DNA of 64,000 nucleotides from an uncultured virus (IMG/VR IMGVR_UViG_3300037493_005562) (Duplodnaviria; Heunggongvirae; Uroviricota; Caudoviricetes): the IMG/VR virus record IMGVR_UViG_3300037493_005562. The stretch is one strand, 5' to 3'. The notes beneath the pieces are model-generated. The model ran no database searches. It was not told where the DNA came from and worked only from the letters and a program-made list of their open reading frames with translations. Positions 1 through 9,234 of this stretch are shown piece after piece. Position numbers and translations under genes: made by a program. Each line of letters opens with the position of its first letter. Within the stretch, counting starts at the first letter, position 1.

Positions 1-2
1 AC

Positions 3-713
3 GAGCCCGAGGACGACGACTACGACTTCGGTGACCAAGAGGAAATCGAGGACGAACAGGATCCTGGTTTCCAGATCATCGATCTTGGCGGCGACGAGGA
101 AGAAGAGGAGCCCGACGCACAGTTCATCTCCCTCGACGGAGATGAAGAAGAGGGCGAGGAAGACACCGACACGGGTGTCCGTGTGATCCCGATGCCTCGC
201 CCGGGCTTCGGTCGTTTCGGCTTCATGGGTCCGAGCGTCAAGGCCCCCGGAAAGCACGGTCGCGCGATCGGTGTCAACCCGATGGGTCAGACGATCTACG
301 AATCGGGTCGGATCGTGATCGGATCCGTCGGTCACTCGGAAGACGAGGACGATGGACACTACGACGACATCTACTACGACGAAGACTCGTACTACGATGA
401 CGCCGAGGACGACGAGGACGACTCCGGCCTGATCGGACTTTCGCCCGGGGACCTCGAAGCAGATCCTCAGTCGTACATCGACATCGACTTCGGTGACGGT
501 CACTCAGAAGAGATCGAGACCGGCAACATCGACTTCGCGGATCTCGTGGGCGCTCATCCACATCCGCGTCTTCGTCGGGCTCGGGCTCGTGCGCAGGGTC
601 GGGGCCGTGGGCCTCGGGCACACCCCAAGCATCCTCCGCACCCGCAGACTCCTCCCCCGCGGCGCCGTCGTCCGGGCTGGAAGAAGCGTCAACTCGGTCG
701 CGGCCCTCGGTAA
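3..713 (+). CDS. Acidic (D/E-rich) protein with basic C-terminal tail, 5'-partial
   Basis: Frame is open from window start into ORF 183..713; D/E tracts, RIVIGS motif, R/P-rich end. Confidence 0.75.
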   Translation, partial: EPEDDDYDFGDQEEIEDEQDPGFQIIDLGGDEEEEEPDAQFISLDGDEEEGEEDTDTGVRVIPMPRPGFGRFGFMGPSVKAPGKHGRAIGVNPMGQTIYESGRIVIGSVGHSEDEDDGHYDDIYYDEDSYYDDAEDDEDDSGLIGLSPGDLEADPQSYIDIDFGDGHSEEIETGNIDFADLVGAHPHPRLRRARARAQGRGRGPRAHPKHPPHPQTPPPRRRRPGWKKRQLGRGPR

Positions 714-734
714 TCAACGTACAGGAGATTCCCG

Positions 735-1064
735 ATGCCACGTCTCGTTGTAGGTCGAATCCAGACGCCAACTCCCGCGCAATCCCCGCGCATGGTCGTG
801 GGGCGCACGGCGCCGCAGGTCGGCATGCTGTCGTCCGCGTCGGGCAAGTATCCGGTGAATGGCGCGATGCGTCAGAGTCTGAATAACTGGATCTACGACA
901 AGCCCGAAGAGTACGGAATGACCGAAGGCGAGGCCACACGCGACTGGGATCGGATCGAGAAACGCATTCAGCGTTTCTATTCGATGTCCGGAGGCTACGG
1001 CGACGACATCGGTTGGAAATCCGGGGTGTTCGGCCACGGGTTCAACTTCCAGTACGCCTTGTAG
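735..1064 (+). CDS. Hypothetical protein (candidate virion protein)
   Basis: AGGAGA RBS; two VVGR motifs at N-terminus. Confidence 0.75.
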   Translation: MPRLVVGRIQTPTPAQSPRMVVGRTAPQVGMLSSASGKYPVNGAMRQSLNNWIYDKPEEYGMTEGEATRDWDRIEKRIQRFYSMSGGYGDDIGWKSGVFGHGFNFQYAL

Positions 1065-1202
1065 GTTTCCTCCTACCCTTTTCCGGGGTAGCCCGGATTT
1101 AGCTGACAGCAAGTTGACTAAGTAGTAAACGTCCATAGCGACCACACTCGGCGGTGCGGTTTCACAAGGACGGCGAATCAGGTTTCAACCCGCTTTTCCG
1201 TC

Positions 1203-1231
1203 TTGCACACAAATCTCACCTCCGATAAAGT
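1203..1231 (+). promoter_or_regulatory. Sigma70-like promoter candidate
   Basis: TTGCAC-N17-TAAAGT upstream of the 1290 gene. Confidence 0.4.
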
Positions 1232-1289
1232 TTCAACCATCAGCGAGAGCACGAGAAATCGGGTTCACGCCAAGCCAGGAGACGCCACG

Positions 1290-2066
1290 ATGAATGCCCC
1301 CTCGGTAGCCGATATCCAGAAGAGCCTTGGTGGAGCCGTCAAGGCCCCGTCCAAGAAGTCGACCAAGAAGTCGGCGAAGAAGGCTCACGCCAAGAAGGCG
1401 CACAAGCCCGCGAAGGCTTCGACGGCCAAGAAGGCTTCCAAGAAGTCCTCCAAGAAGACCGGCAAGCGCAGCAAGCGCGCGTCGGGCATCTGGTCGCGCA
1501 TCCTCGGCGCGAAGGGCCGTCAGGGTCAGGTCACCAAGGCGGCAGTCACCGTCGGCGAAGTGATCCTCGCTGGCGCTGCGGCGCAAGGCATCAAGGCTGT
1601 GTATCAGGGCCGTGGCGGCGACTTCAGCCCCATGGGCGTTGACCTCCGCATCCCGCTCGGCCTCGCGGCGTTCGTACCCGCGCTCTGGAAGAAGGAGTCG
1701 ACGAACCACCACTGGCTCAACATCGGCACCGGCATCCTCGGCTCGTACCTCTTCGACAAGACGTATGAAATGGCTGGCAATCTCAAGATTGCTCAGGCTC
1801 CCAGCGCGGTGGCTTCGGGCATCGTGGTCGGCCGCCTCGGCAAGCGCCGCGAGAAGCACCTGGAGAAGAAGGAAGGTCGCCTTGAACACCGCCTGGACAA
1901 GCTCCGCGGCAAGCAGGGTCGCCTCGCTGAGAAGCACCCCGAGCTTGCGTCGCGTCCCGCTCCGAGCCGCGCGCAGCCCGGCCGCCCCGGCGGTCGCCCT
2001 CGCCTGATCGACAACGTTCCCGCGTACGCGATCAAGCCCGAGTACGCCAAGCAGTTCGCAGGTTGA
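1290..2066 (+). CDS. K-rich N-terminus plus hydrophobic segments; candidate DNA-binding membrane/core protein
   Basis: AGGAGA RBS before ATG 1290; strong codon bias; IVVGR motif followed by a basic helix. Confidence 0.8.
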   Translation: MNAPSVADIQKSLGGAVKAPSKKSTKKSAKKAHAKKAHKPAKASTAKKASKKSSKKTGKRSKRASGIWSRILGAKGRQGQVTKAAVTVGEVILAGAAAQGIKAVYQGRGGDFSPMGVDLRIPLGLAAFVPALWKKESTNHHWLNIGTGILGSYLFDKTYEMAGNLKIAQAPSAVASGIVVGRLGKRREKHLEKKEGRLEHRLDKLRGKQGRLAEKHPELASRPAPSRAQPGRPGGRPRLIDNVPAYAIKPEYAKQFAG

Positions 2067-2207
2067 TTTCGACTACCGGCTCACAATCTCGTGAGTCGGG
2101 CCAGTGACGAGGGCCTAAAGCCCCGTACCCACGGGACCCAATCGTTAGCCGGAAACGACGAACGAAAGGGCCCTCAACAAGACAACAAACAAAAGAGGAC
2201 ACCAACA

Positions 2208-2915
2208 ATGTCTACTGTGCAGATCGGAAGCGTTCCGCTCTATGCCGACGAGGCGACTGGCGAAGTGTTCGTTGACCCCGCCGACGCTCAGGTCGGTTCG
2301 GCGGCCGACGAAGACGACAGCGGCTTCCTTGGCCTCGGCGCCAAGGCGAAGGCTCGTCGCATCGAGAAGCGCATCGCGCGGCTTCAGCGCCGTCGCGACA
2401 AGGTTTCATCCAAGCAGCAAGAAGGAGACGGCACCATGTTCGACGCAGCACCCGCAGACCTGTACCAGCTCGCCGCGTCGAGCGGCATGGTCAACGAGAA
2501 CCAGTTCAACGGCCTCGGCGCCGTTGTGGTTCTGAAGACCGGCGCCAATGCCACGCTTCAGGACACCATCAACCGCAACCTCTGGGGCAAGAGCCTCGTC
2601 CTCGACTCCGACGCTCCGTCGGTCATCTTGGTCATGGCGATCACCATCGCCGGTCTGCCGTTGAACGTCGGCAACCAGGGAACGCCGCTCTCGATGTTCG
2701 CGACGAACTCGACCCGCTTCGGCATCAGCTTCGGGCGCAAGCTCGCTCTGACGGGCCAGAGCGTCGTCGTGACGCTGTCGAACGTCGACACGGCGAACGA
2801 CCACACGGTCAGCGGCGGCATCATCGCCGACGAAATGAACCCGTACGCGATGCAGCGTTGGATGGAGCAGATGCTCCTCACCGCGGCGACTTCGGGCTTC
2901 GTCGACGGCTACTGA
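2208..2915 (+). CDS. Candidate major capsid protein (single jelly-roll-like beta domain)
   Basis: A-rich leader and GAGG RBS; strong codon bias; about 115-aa alternating beta-strand domain; followed by two hairpins; close paralog at 56.6-57.1 kb. The fold is inferred. Confidence 0.55.
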   Translation: MSTVQIGSVPLYADEATGEVFVDPADAQVGSAADEDDSGFLGLGAKAKARRIEKRIARLQRRRDKVSSKQQEGDGTMFDAAPADLYQLAASSGMVNENQFNGLGAVVVLKTGANATLQDTINRNLWGKSLVLDSDAPSVILVMAITIAGLPLNVGNQGTPLSMFATNSTRFGISFGRKLALTGQSVVVTLSNVDTANDHTVSGGIIADEMNPYAMQRWMEQMLLTAATSGFVDGY

Positions 2916-2928
2916 GCCACGACATAGA

Positions 2929-3018
2929 GTCGAGGGGTTTCGGCCCCTTGATTCTGGTCTCGCGCTGTGACCAGAGGGGCCGGAGACCTGAAAACGGTTT
3001 CCGGCCCTTCGTGTTTTT
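2929..3018 (+). terminator. Two tandem GC-rich hairpins, the second followed by a T-run
   Basis: gagggg-tttcgg-cccctt and gaggggccggagacc...ggtttccggcccttc-gtgttttt. Confidence 0.65.
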
Positions 3019-3048
3019 ACCCTCTTGATTTCACTTCGGAGTCTCCAC

Positions 3049-4080
3049 ATGGCCGGAAAAGGCGGACCTCCACGACGACCCCCAGGACGTGCTCCTGGCC
3101 GGTCTCTTGTACCTCGCGGCGCTACCTCGGGCAGGGGAGGGGGCGGTGTTTCTCAGGGTTCAGGTCCGAAAGGAACTGCTCAGGACCCTGCGCAGTTCCG
3201 GATGCCCTCGCGCGGGCAGTTGATGAAGTCGCTGCTGCCGAAGATGAACATGCGCGACATGACGTCGTTCGATCCCGCAGCAGGTCGCGGGTATCGAATC
3301 GGTGATCAGAAGCTCGTGCCTGCGGGCTCTGGCTTCAACGGCGTACCTCCTGTCAACGTAGCCAATCACGGTGCCGCAGACGTCATCGCGAGATGGAAGG
3401 TTACGTTCTACGTGCGCGACCCTGCTGGAAGCGATTCGGCGCAACTGGGCTCGCGTCTTCGGATCGTCACGCTCTCCAAGATGGAAAACGATGAGATCCC
3501 TCGGCGGTGTACCGTCACGCTCGACGACGCTCAGGTCATCTACGCGCCGGGTCGGGCACTGCAAATCTTCGCGTACAATCCGATGCCTTTCGATCTTGTG
3601 ATCGAGTACAACCTCGACGAGGTAACGGCAGGTCTGTCGCGCTGGGAAGATGTGGAGTTCTTCCGTTTCGACACGCTGACTACGGGCCCTTGTTGTGACG
3701 GGGTAGGTGTGTTCGCGCCAAACCCTCCGACAGGTCTTCCGGCCCACGACCCTGACGAACAACCGCTCGACATTCCTCCGTTCTGTTCGGGGTTCGCGGT
3801 CTATTCAGACCAGCAGAGCCCTGCGTTCTCTACGGGGGTTCCGGCTACGGGTATCTTTCCGAACCTGCCTCTCATTCGCGGCTACGGTCGAGGAGGGGGT
3901 ATCGTCTACCAGGACATACTCCTCACGCCCCACTCCCCGTTTGTAGATCGTATCCCGGGCTTGGACTATACGATCCGAATCTTCAACCCTGTAGCGGCGG
4001 TCATCGCGCCGTTGACTCTTCAGACGGGTGGGCCCGCACACATGGTGGAGTACGCCGTTTACTACAACTGTGACGGCTGA
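3049..4080 (+). CDS. Beta-rich protein with basic N-terminus (candidate minor capsid/spike protein)
   Basis: GGAG RBS before ATG 3049; beta-strand-like pattern; adjacent to the capsid candidate. Confidence 0.65.
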   Translation: MAGKGGPPRRPPGRAPGRSLVPRGATSGRGGGGVSQGSGPKGTAQDPAQFRMPSRGQLMKSLLPKMNMRDMTSFDPAAGRGYRIGDQKLVPAGSGFNGVPPVNVANHGAADVIARWKVTFYVRDPAGSDSAQLGSRLRIVTLSKMENDEIPRRCTVTLDDAQVIYAPGRALQIFAYNPMPFDLVIEYNLDEVTAGLSRWEDVEFFRFDTLTTGPCCDGVGVFAPNPPTGLPAHDPDEQPLDIPPFCSGFAVYSDQQSPAFSTGVPATGIFPNLPLIRGYGRGGGIVYQDILLTPHSPFVDRIPGLDYTIRIFNPVAAVIAPLTLQTGGPAHMVEYAVYYNCDG

Positions 4081-4129
4081 TTTTTTTCCGCACGGAAACT
4101 ACACTTCGTCGCAACTGCCGAGTCGCTTA

Positions 4130-5122
4130 ATGGCACGAATCTCTCTCGGAAAAATCAACGTCGCCTCACTGGAAGACTATCAACCCGGTGTCAGCCCAAA
4201 TGCGCCGACGCCTCAGTCGACGTCGATTCTCGCGGCAGTATCTTCATCAACGGACGTGTTCCCGCCGCGTATGCGAGGCACACCGAAGAAAAGTCTTTCG
4301 CGTCAACCAGCCCCGAGAAAAGGTTTCGGTTATACACGGGGAGGTTTCGGTAGTAGAATCCCGCAGACCGGTTCCGTGTCGGTCATCCACACGGAAGCAG
4401 ACACCACAGGAGACCCCATGCCGATCGATTCCGCCGAGCAGGTGGACGCAGACGAGCGCCTGATCGAGGCCCTCAGGACGTGGCACTCCGTCATGCACGG
4501 AGAGCGCGTCTCGGCTCGGGATGTTGCCGTTTCCGGCCTGACGGAGAACCTCGCGGATCTTTTCGAGGCGCAAGACATCGTGTCCCAGGCGTGGGAATCT
4601 TGCCTCGAAGCTCGGGCGGAGTTTGGCGAGGATTCGGACGAGTACGACACGTGCCTTGCGACGTGGCTGGAAGCTGCGAAAGCGTGGCTCGCGGCGTCGA
4701 AGGTGGCTCTCGCTGACGATTCCGAAGACGAGGAGCCTGCTCCCGTCCAGGCGGCTCCGGTTCAGGCTCCGGCTCAGGTCACCTCTGCCGGGTACTCACA
4801 CGCTTCCTATGCTCCTCCGGGGTACGCGGTCGGGTACATCAACACTGCGACAGGGCAGATGGTTGTGACACAGCCCGCGCCTGCTCTTCAACCTCAAAGT
4901 GTTGCGCCGGTTCCTGCCGCTTCGCCTGCGCCGGGTCAGCCCGTCGTCGTCTTTGCTCCTGGGCAGGTTCCGGCGCCTGCGCCTGAGCCCCGTCAGCAGG
5001 TTGTGTACGTGCAGGCTCCGCAGGCGAAGCCTAAGCCTCGCCGCCCGAGTGTGATCCTGGCACCGCAGGCTCCGAAGAAGAAAAAGAAGCGCCTTGTCCT
5101 CATGCGCCGTCCAACGAAGTAG
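4130..5122 (+). CDS. Hypothetical protein, P/Q/A-rich with basic tail
   Basis: Starts MARISLGK; possible internal start at 4418 (GGAGA RBS). Confidence 0.7.
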   Translation: MARISLGKINVASLEDYQPGVSPNAPTPQSTSILAAVSSSTDVFPPRMRGTPKKSLSRQPAPRKGFGYTRGGFGSRIPQTGSVSVIHTEADTTGDPMPIDSAEQVDADERLIEALRTWHSVMHGERVSARDVAVSGLTENLADLFEAQDIVSQAWESCLEARAEFGEDSDEYDTCLATWLEAAKAWLAASKVALADDSEDEEPAPVQAAPVQAPAQVTSAGYSHASYAPPGYAVGYINTATGQMVVTQPAPALQPQSVAPVPAASPAPGQPVVVFAPGQVPAPAPEPRQQVVYVQAPQAKPKPRRPSVILAPQAPKKKKKRLVLMRRPTK

Positions 5123-5140
5123 TCGACGTAGGAGAATCTG

Positions 5141-5665
5141 ATGCCTGTTCTTGCCGGACCTCGTGTCCCCTTTCGATTCAGCGGATCCTCCAACGCGACG
5201 CCAGAAGCCTTGGCGATGTTCGCCCAGGCCGATATCGACGCCAAGGTGCGCGCAAAGGTCGAGGAGGCTTCGATCCCTTACGAGAGCCTCGACGACGATC
5301 TTCAAGCGGCTCGTCGCCTCGCGGGCGAAGCAGCGGCACGTGCCAAGGTCGCGGAAGCGATGATCCCTTTGGGGATCACACGTCGTCCCGACACTCAGTC
5401 CATTCTTGTGACGGATGCGGCGCGAGCCAACGAGCCCTTGCGCGACGACAAGCAAGGTCTGGGTTTCAACACCGAGACGCTGCTCGCTTACGCGGCGCCT
5501 TTGGCGGTTGGTGCAGGCATCGGCGCGCTTGTCGGTTCCAAGTACGCTCCCGCCAAGAAGAAGGTCGGTCCCTACTACGGCGCGGGCATCGGCGCAGTGG
5601 TCGGTCTCGCGGCGTTCGCGGCGATTCAACAGTTTCGTTCCGCAAGCAACGCAAGCAACAAGTAG
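5141..5665 (+). CDS. Glycine-zipper membrane protein
   Basis: Two GxxxG segments; KKVGPYYGAG block shared with the 6964 gene. Confidence 0.75.
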   Translation: MPVLAGPRVPFRFSGSSNATPEALAMFAQADIDAKVRAKVEEASIPYESLDDDLQAARRLAGEAAARAKVAEAMIPLGITRRPDTQSILVTDAARANEPLRDDKQGLGFNTETLLAYAAPLAVGAGIGALVGSKYAPAKKKVGPYYGAGIGAVVGLAAFAAIQQFRSASNASNK

Positions 5666-5732
5666 TTCCCCAACGGGTTCGATCCCCTTTCAAGATCACG
5701 ACACTCGCGCAAACGCGCACCGGAGAGACATC

Positions 5733-6212
5733 ATGGCTCGTTCAGCAATCATCGTCGGCCGCGTTGGCGCTGCTGGCGAAACCAGTACTCGTCCCAGCTC
5801 GGCTCCGGCCGGTGATCAGCTTCCCGCGACCACCTACGGTGGTGGCGGTGGCGGATTCGTCGAGTCCGTCAAGGCGTATGTCGATCCCGGCGAGACCTCC
5901 GCGGCCCCGACCTTCGGTGGTGCGGCGCTCGGCGCGTTGCTCGCCCCCCGCATGAAGAAGAGCCCGTACGTCGGCGCGCTGGCTGGCGCGGCGGTCGGCA
6001 ACATCGCGTCCACGCTCGTGACCCGCGCGCAGGGCGGCATCCAGGGCTCCGACATCGGCAAGCTCGCTCTCACGACCGCGGCGTACGCGGGCGCGGGTGC
6101 GGCCATCGCGCACTTCTCGAAGAAGGCCAAGCCCCTCGACGGCGCGCTGATCGGCATGGGCATCCCCGTGGTGCTCTTCGCCGCGTGGCAGGCGTTCGCG
6201 CCCAAGAGCTAG
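5733..6212 (+). CDS. Glycine-zipper membrane protein
   Basis: GGAGAG RBS; starts MARSAIIVGRV; four hydrophobic G/A segments. Confidence 0.8.
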   Translation: MARSAIIVGRVGAAGETSTRPSSAPAGDQLPATTYGGGGGGFVESVKAYVDPGETSAAPTFGGAALGALLAPRMKKSPYVGALAGAAVGNIASTLVTRAQGGIQGSDIGKLALTTAAYAGAGAAIAHFSKKAKPLDGALIGMGIPVVLFAAWQAFAPKS

Positions 6213-6233
6213 ATCCGAAAAGGTCGATCCTCG

Positions 6234-6271
6234 AACGGCCCCCGTGTCGCTACAATCACGGGGGCCGTTTT
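6234..6271 (+). terminator. Intrinsic terminator-like hairpin
   Basis: aacggcccccgtg...cacgggggccgtt-tt. Confidence 0.6.
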
Positions 6272-6305
6272 CGCACACAGGCTGACAGCTTGACAGGAGA
6301 GCAAA

Positions 6306-6947
6306 ATGTCACGTTCAGGCGTTGTGATCGGTCGCATTCGTTCGGCGCGGAGTCGAGGGTCTGTGGGGGCTGTAGCGCCTGACGAGATCATCGTGCCCGA
6401 TGGGACGAAGTACGTGGACGTGACTCCGTACTCCACGCCGTACTACGCGAACCCCACGGTTGAGTACCCTACGGTCACTGCCATTCAGATCGACGCACTT
6501 CGGGCAGCCGCGACGATCAAGATCGTAGGTACGACGCTGGGGGCGGGCGCCGGGTATTTCCTCGGGTCCAAAAAGCACGCGGGCTGGAAGAACATCGCCG
6601 CGGGTGCGGCGCTCGGCAACATCGTCTCGGGCGCAGGCTTGCCTATCGTTGGGACTGCGATCTTCGCGGGGCTCGGCGCAGGCATCGCGTACCTCGCAGG
6701 TAAGAAGCCGGTGACGGGAGCGTTGGCAGGCGCAGGCGCGAGTGCCGCGCTGGCTACCGTCGCATCGGTGGTCGTGATGGGAGCGGCGCCGACTGCGGCT
6801 CAGCGAATCGCAGGTATGGATCACGTCGCAGGGCTGTCGGTCTCCGGCTTTGGCTTCGGCCGCGAGTGGCCGCGTAAACGGTGGGAAAAGGATCAGAAGA
6901 AGAAGGCGGACGCCGCCGCGGCCAAAAAAGACGACAAGGACGAGTAG
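6306..6947 (+). CDS. Glycine-zipper membrane protein (paralog of the 7696 gene)
   Basis: AGGAGA RBS; VVIGRI motif; shared LGSK...GKKP.GA.GAGASAA blocks. Confidence 0.8.
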   Translation: MSRSGVVIGRIRSARSRGSVGAVAPDEIIVPDGTKYVDVTPYSTPYYANPTVEYPTVTAIQIDALRAAATIKIVGTTLGAGAGYFLGSKKHAGWKNIAAGAALGNIVSGAGLPIVGTAIFAGLGAGIAYLAGKKPVTGALAGAGASAALATVASVVVMGAAPTAAQRIAGMDHVAGLSVSGFGFGREWPRKRWEKDQKKKADAAAAKKDDKDE

Positions 6948-6963
6948 TCCAACCGGAGAGCGC

Positions 6964-7614
6964 ATGTCACGTCACGTTATCGTTTTGGGTCGAGTCGGTG
7001 CCGTGGCTAAGGTCTACGGAGATCCAGTTCAAGTCGGTGACGCAGTAGAATTCGATGGGATGGCAATATTCGGCGGTGACGGGGTCAGCCACGGCAAGGT
7101 CAAGGAAATTCTACCTGACGGGACCGCTGTCGTGCTCTTGCGTGGAGGCAGGAAGGTCACGATCAAGCAGACCCGGCTTCGATTTAAGGGTTCATCTACG
7201 CCGACAGAGCCGTATTTCAACTTTGATTTCAACTTCGGTCCCGCAATCGCTGCGCTGGTCCTTCCTCCCGCCGCTGTAGGCGCTGCCGTAGGAGCCTTCG
7301 CGGGATCGAAGTACAAGAAGGTCGGACCCTACTATGGCGCAGGTCTTGGGGCGGTAGGGGCGTTGGCCGCCACCGTGCTCGTGACTCGGTTCCTGAATCA
7401 GCCAACGAAAAGTCCTGTTCCTGTTCTGAAGGTAGCCGGGATCGAATCCTATGATGTTGACGATCTCCCCACGTATCTTCGGCAGGCTTTCTCAGAAGTC
7501 CGAGAAGAACTCGGACTCGAAGACCTTCCAGCGTTTGGCCCCTGGGCTCCGACCGAGGCCGAGATCGAGGCCATCTCGGAAGCAAAACGTCGCTCAGCGT
7601 CGGCAAGACCGTGA
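6964..7614 (+). CDS. Membrane protein with possible SH3/KOW-like N-terminal domain
   Basis: GGAGAG RBS; IVLGRV motif; VQVGDAV...GKVKEI pattern; two glycine zippers. Confidence 0.7.
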   Translation: MSRHVIVLGRVGAVAKVYGDPVQVGDAVEFDGMAIFGGDGVSHGKVKEILPDGTAVVLLRGGRKVTIKQTRLRFKGSSTPTEPYFNFDFNFGPAIAALVLPPAAVGAAVGAFAGSKYKKVGPYYGAGLGAVGALAATVLVTRFLNQPTKSPVPVLKVAGIESYDVDDLPTYLRQAFSEVREELGLEDLPAFGPWAPTEAEIEAISEAKRRSASARP

Positions 7615-7695
7615 CTTTTCACGAGATTTAGATGCTTTAACGCCCCAAAGCAGGGGGGGGGCGATTACCTCTCTGGTTTCTAAAACGAGTACAAC

Positions 7696-8883
7696 ATGTC
7701 AATCGTTCTTGTGGGTCGCGTTCGTTCCGAATCGAACACTCGTCGTCGGCGAACTGACGTTCCAGAAGAGGATCAACAACCTCTGGCGCAGCAACTTCTG
7801 GCGGATTCGTACGCTTCCTCGACGCTTCCCTCTTCTCCAGAAGTGCAAGCGACTGAGTCGCGTGAGATGATGCGTGAGCTTCGTACCCTCGCCGGGATGA
7901 ACATCGGAGGTACGACAGTTGGTGCCGCGATCGGGGCGTTTGTTGGATCGAAGCAAAAGGGCGCCCCAACTTGGCAGGGGGCTGCGGTCGGCGCGGCGAT
8001 CGGGCACGTTCTTGGCGGCGGCCTTCTTGCGATTCCTGGCGTTGCGATCTGGTCTGGGGTCGGAGCGGGCATCGCCTGGGCACTCGGCAAAAAACCACTG
8101 GTGGGCGCCATCACCGGGGCCGGGGCGAGCGCTGCTGTCTCGGCGGCATCAAGCGCTGTGGTGTACGCAGCGGCTCCGAAGATCGCCGAGACGGTGACGT
8201 CGGGCTTCAACGAGGGGGAAGACGAATCTGGCTTCCTGTTCCTTCTCCCGTTGATCAAGCCCGCGGCCAAGGCCGTTGGGAAGGCCGCGAAGAGTGGCAA
8301 GCTGGGCAAGAAGGCACAGAAGCTGTCACAGCTTGGCAAGAAGGCGGAAGCGGATGAAGGTGCAACGTCACCCGTCGCGGAGCCAAAGACAGGCTGGGTA
8401 GGGGGCGCCGACGATGCTTCGAAAGCGAAGGTCGAGGCGGTGCCTAAGGGTCCGTCGAAATCGGACGCAGCGGCAGCGCAGCGCGCGGCGACCGTTACGA
8501 ACATCATGAAGAGCACGGGCTCGTCGCACGTCACGATGACTACATCGACGGCCCCTTGGTCGAAGAAGCCGCCAACGGTGAAGGTTGATGAGCCTCGCGC
8601 ACCTCGGGAAGTCCAGGCGCCCGTGATCATTCCCGCAGCCGCCGCGCGTGCGACGATGATCCCCGCGTTCGCGTCTTCGAGCACGCCAAGCGCTCCGCCC
8701 GCGTTCCCTTCATACGCAGGTCCTTCGGCACCTTCAGCGCCTTCGGAGGCTCAGGACACCTACGTCCCCGGGCAGGTGAAGGAAGCGCGCCGTGCGTTGA
8801 AGGTCGAGAAGTCCGAGATGCACGAGGCACAGCAACACCTGAAGACGGCGAAAAGCGGTCGTCGACAACACCGAAAGAAGTAG
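7696..8883 (+). CDS. Glycine-zipper membrane protein with low-complexity C-terminus
   Basis: Starts MSIVLVGRV; paralog of 6306; internal SGFLFLLPLIKP amphipathic segment. Confidence 0.8.
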   Translation: MSIVLVGRVRSESNTRRRRTDVPEEDQQPLAQQLLADSYASSTLPSSPEVQATESREMMRELRTLAGMNIGGTTVGAAIGAFVGSKQKGAPTWQGAAVGAAIGHVLGGGLLAIPGVAIWSGVGAGIAWALGKKPLVGAITGAGASAAVSAASSAVVYAAAPKIAETVTSGFNEGEDESGFLFLLPLIKPAAKAVGKAAKSGKLGKKAQKLSQLGKKAEADEGATSPVAEPKTGWVGGADDASKAKVEAVPKGPSKSDAAAAQRAATVTNIMKSTGSSHVTMTTSTAPWSKKPPTVKVDEPRAPREVQAPVIIPAAAARATMIPAFASSSTPSAPPAFPSYAGPSAPSAPSEAQDTYVPGQVKEARRALKVEKSEMHEAQQHLKTAKSGRRQHRKK

Positions 8884-8892
8884 GAGTCACCC

Positions 8893-9225
8893 ATGGCAAA
8901 GAAAGCAGCTACAGCCCTGTCGTTACCCTCTATCGTTTGGACGAGGTTAAAGAACGGCGACTACTCAGGTGTAACACCCTTTGGGCGTTGGAAGATCGTT
9001 TCCCAAAAGGCACACCCTGGAATGTTCAAGGGCACAAGCGAAGCGTTCCAGCAGAGTCGTGCGCGTGCCCCAACAGGTACTTGGCTCCTGCTGCCAGATC
9101 CAAAGAGGGTGGGGCTCTTTGCAAGCACGCTGGGCGACGCGAAAGAGTACGCCGCCTCTCTTTTGGATATTATGACCTTCGTGAAGGCTCAGCCTCAGCC
9201 GCGTCGTCGTCTTCACTATAAGTAG
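8893..9225 (+). CDS. Hypothetical protein
   Basis: AGGAG RBS; flanked by the 15-bp direct repeat aagtaggagtcaccc. Confidence 0.65.
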   Translation: MAKKAATALSLPSIVWTRLKNGDYSGVTPFGRWKIVSQKAHPGMFKGTSEAFQQSRARAPTGTWLLLPDPKRVGLFASTLGDAKEYAASLLDIMTFVKAQPQPRRRLHYK

Positions 9226-9234
9226 GAGTCACCC

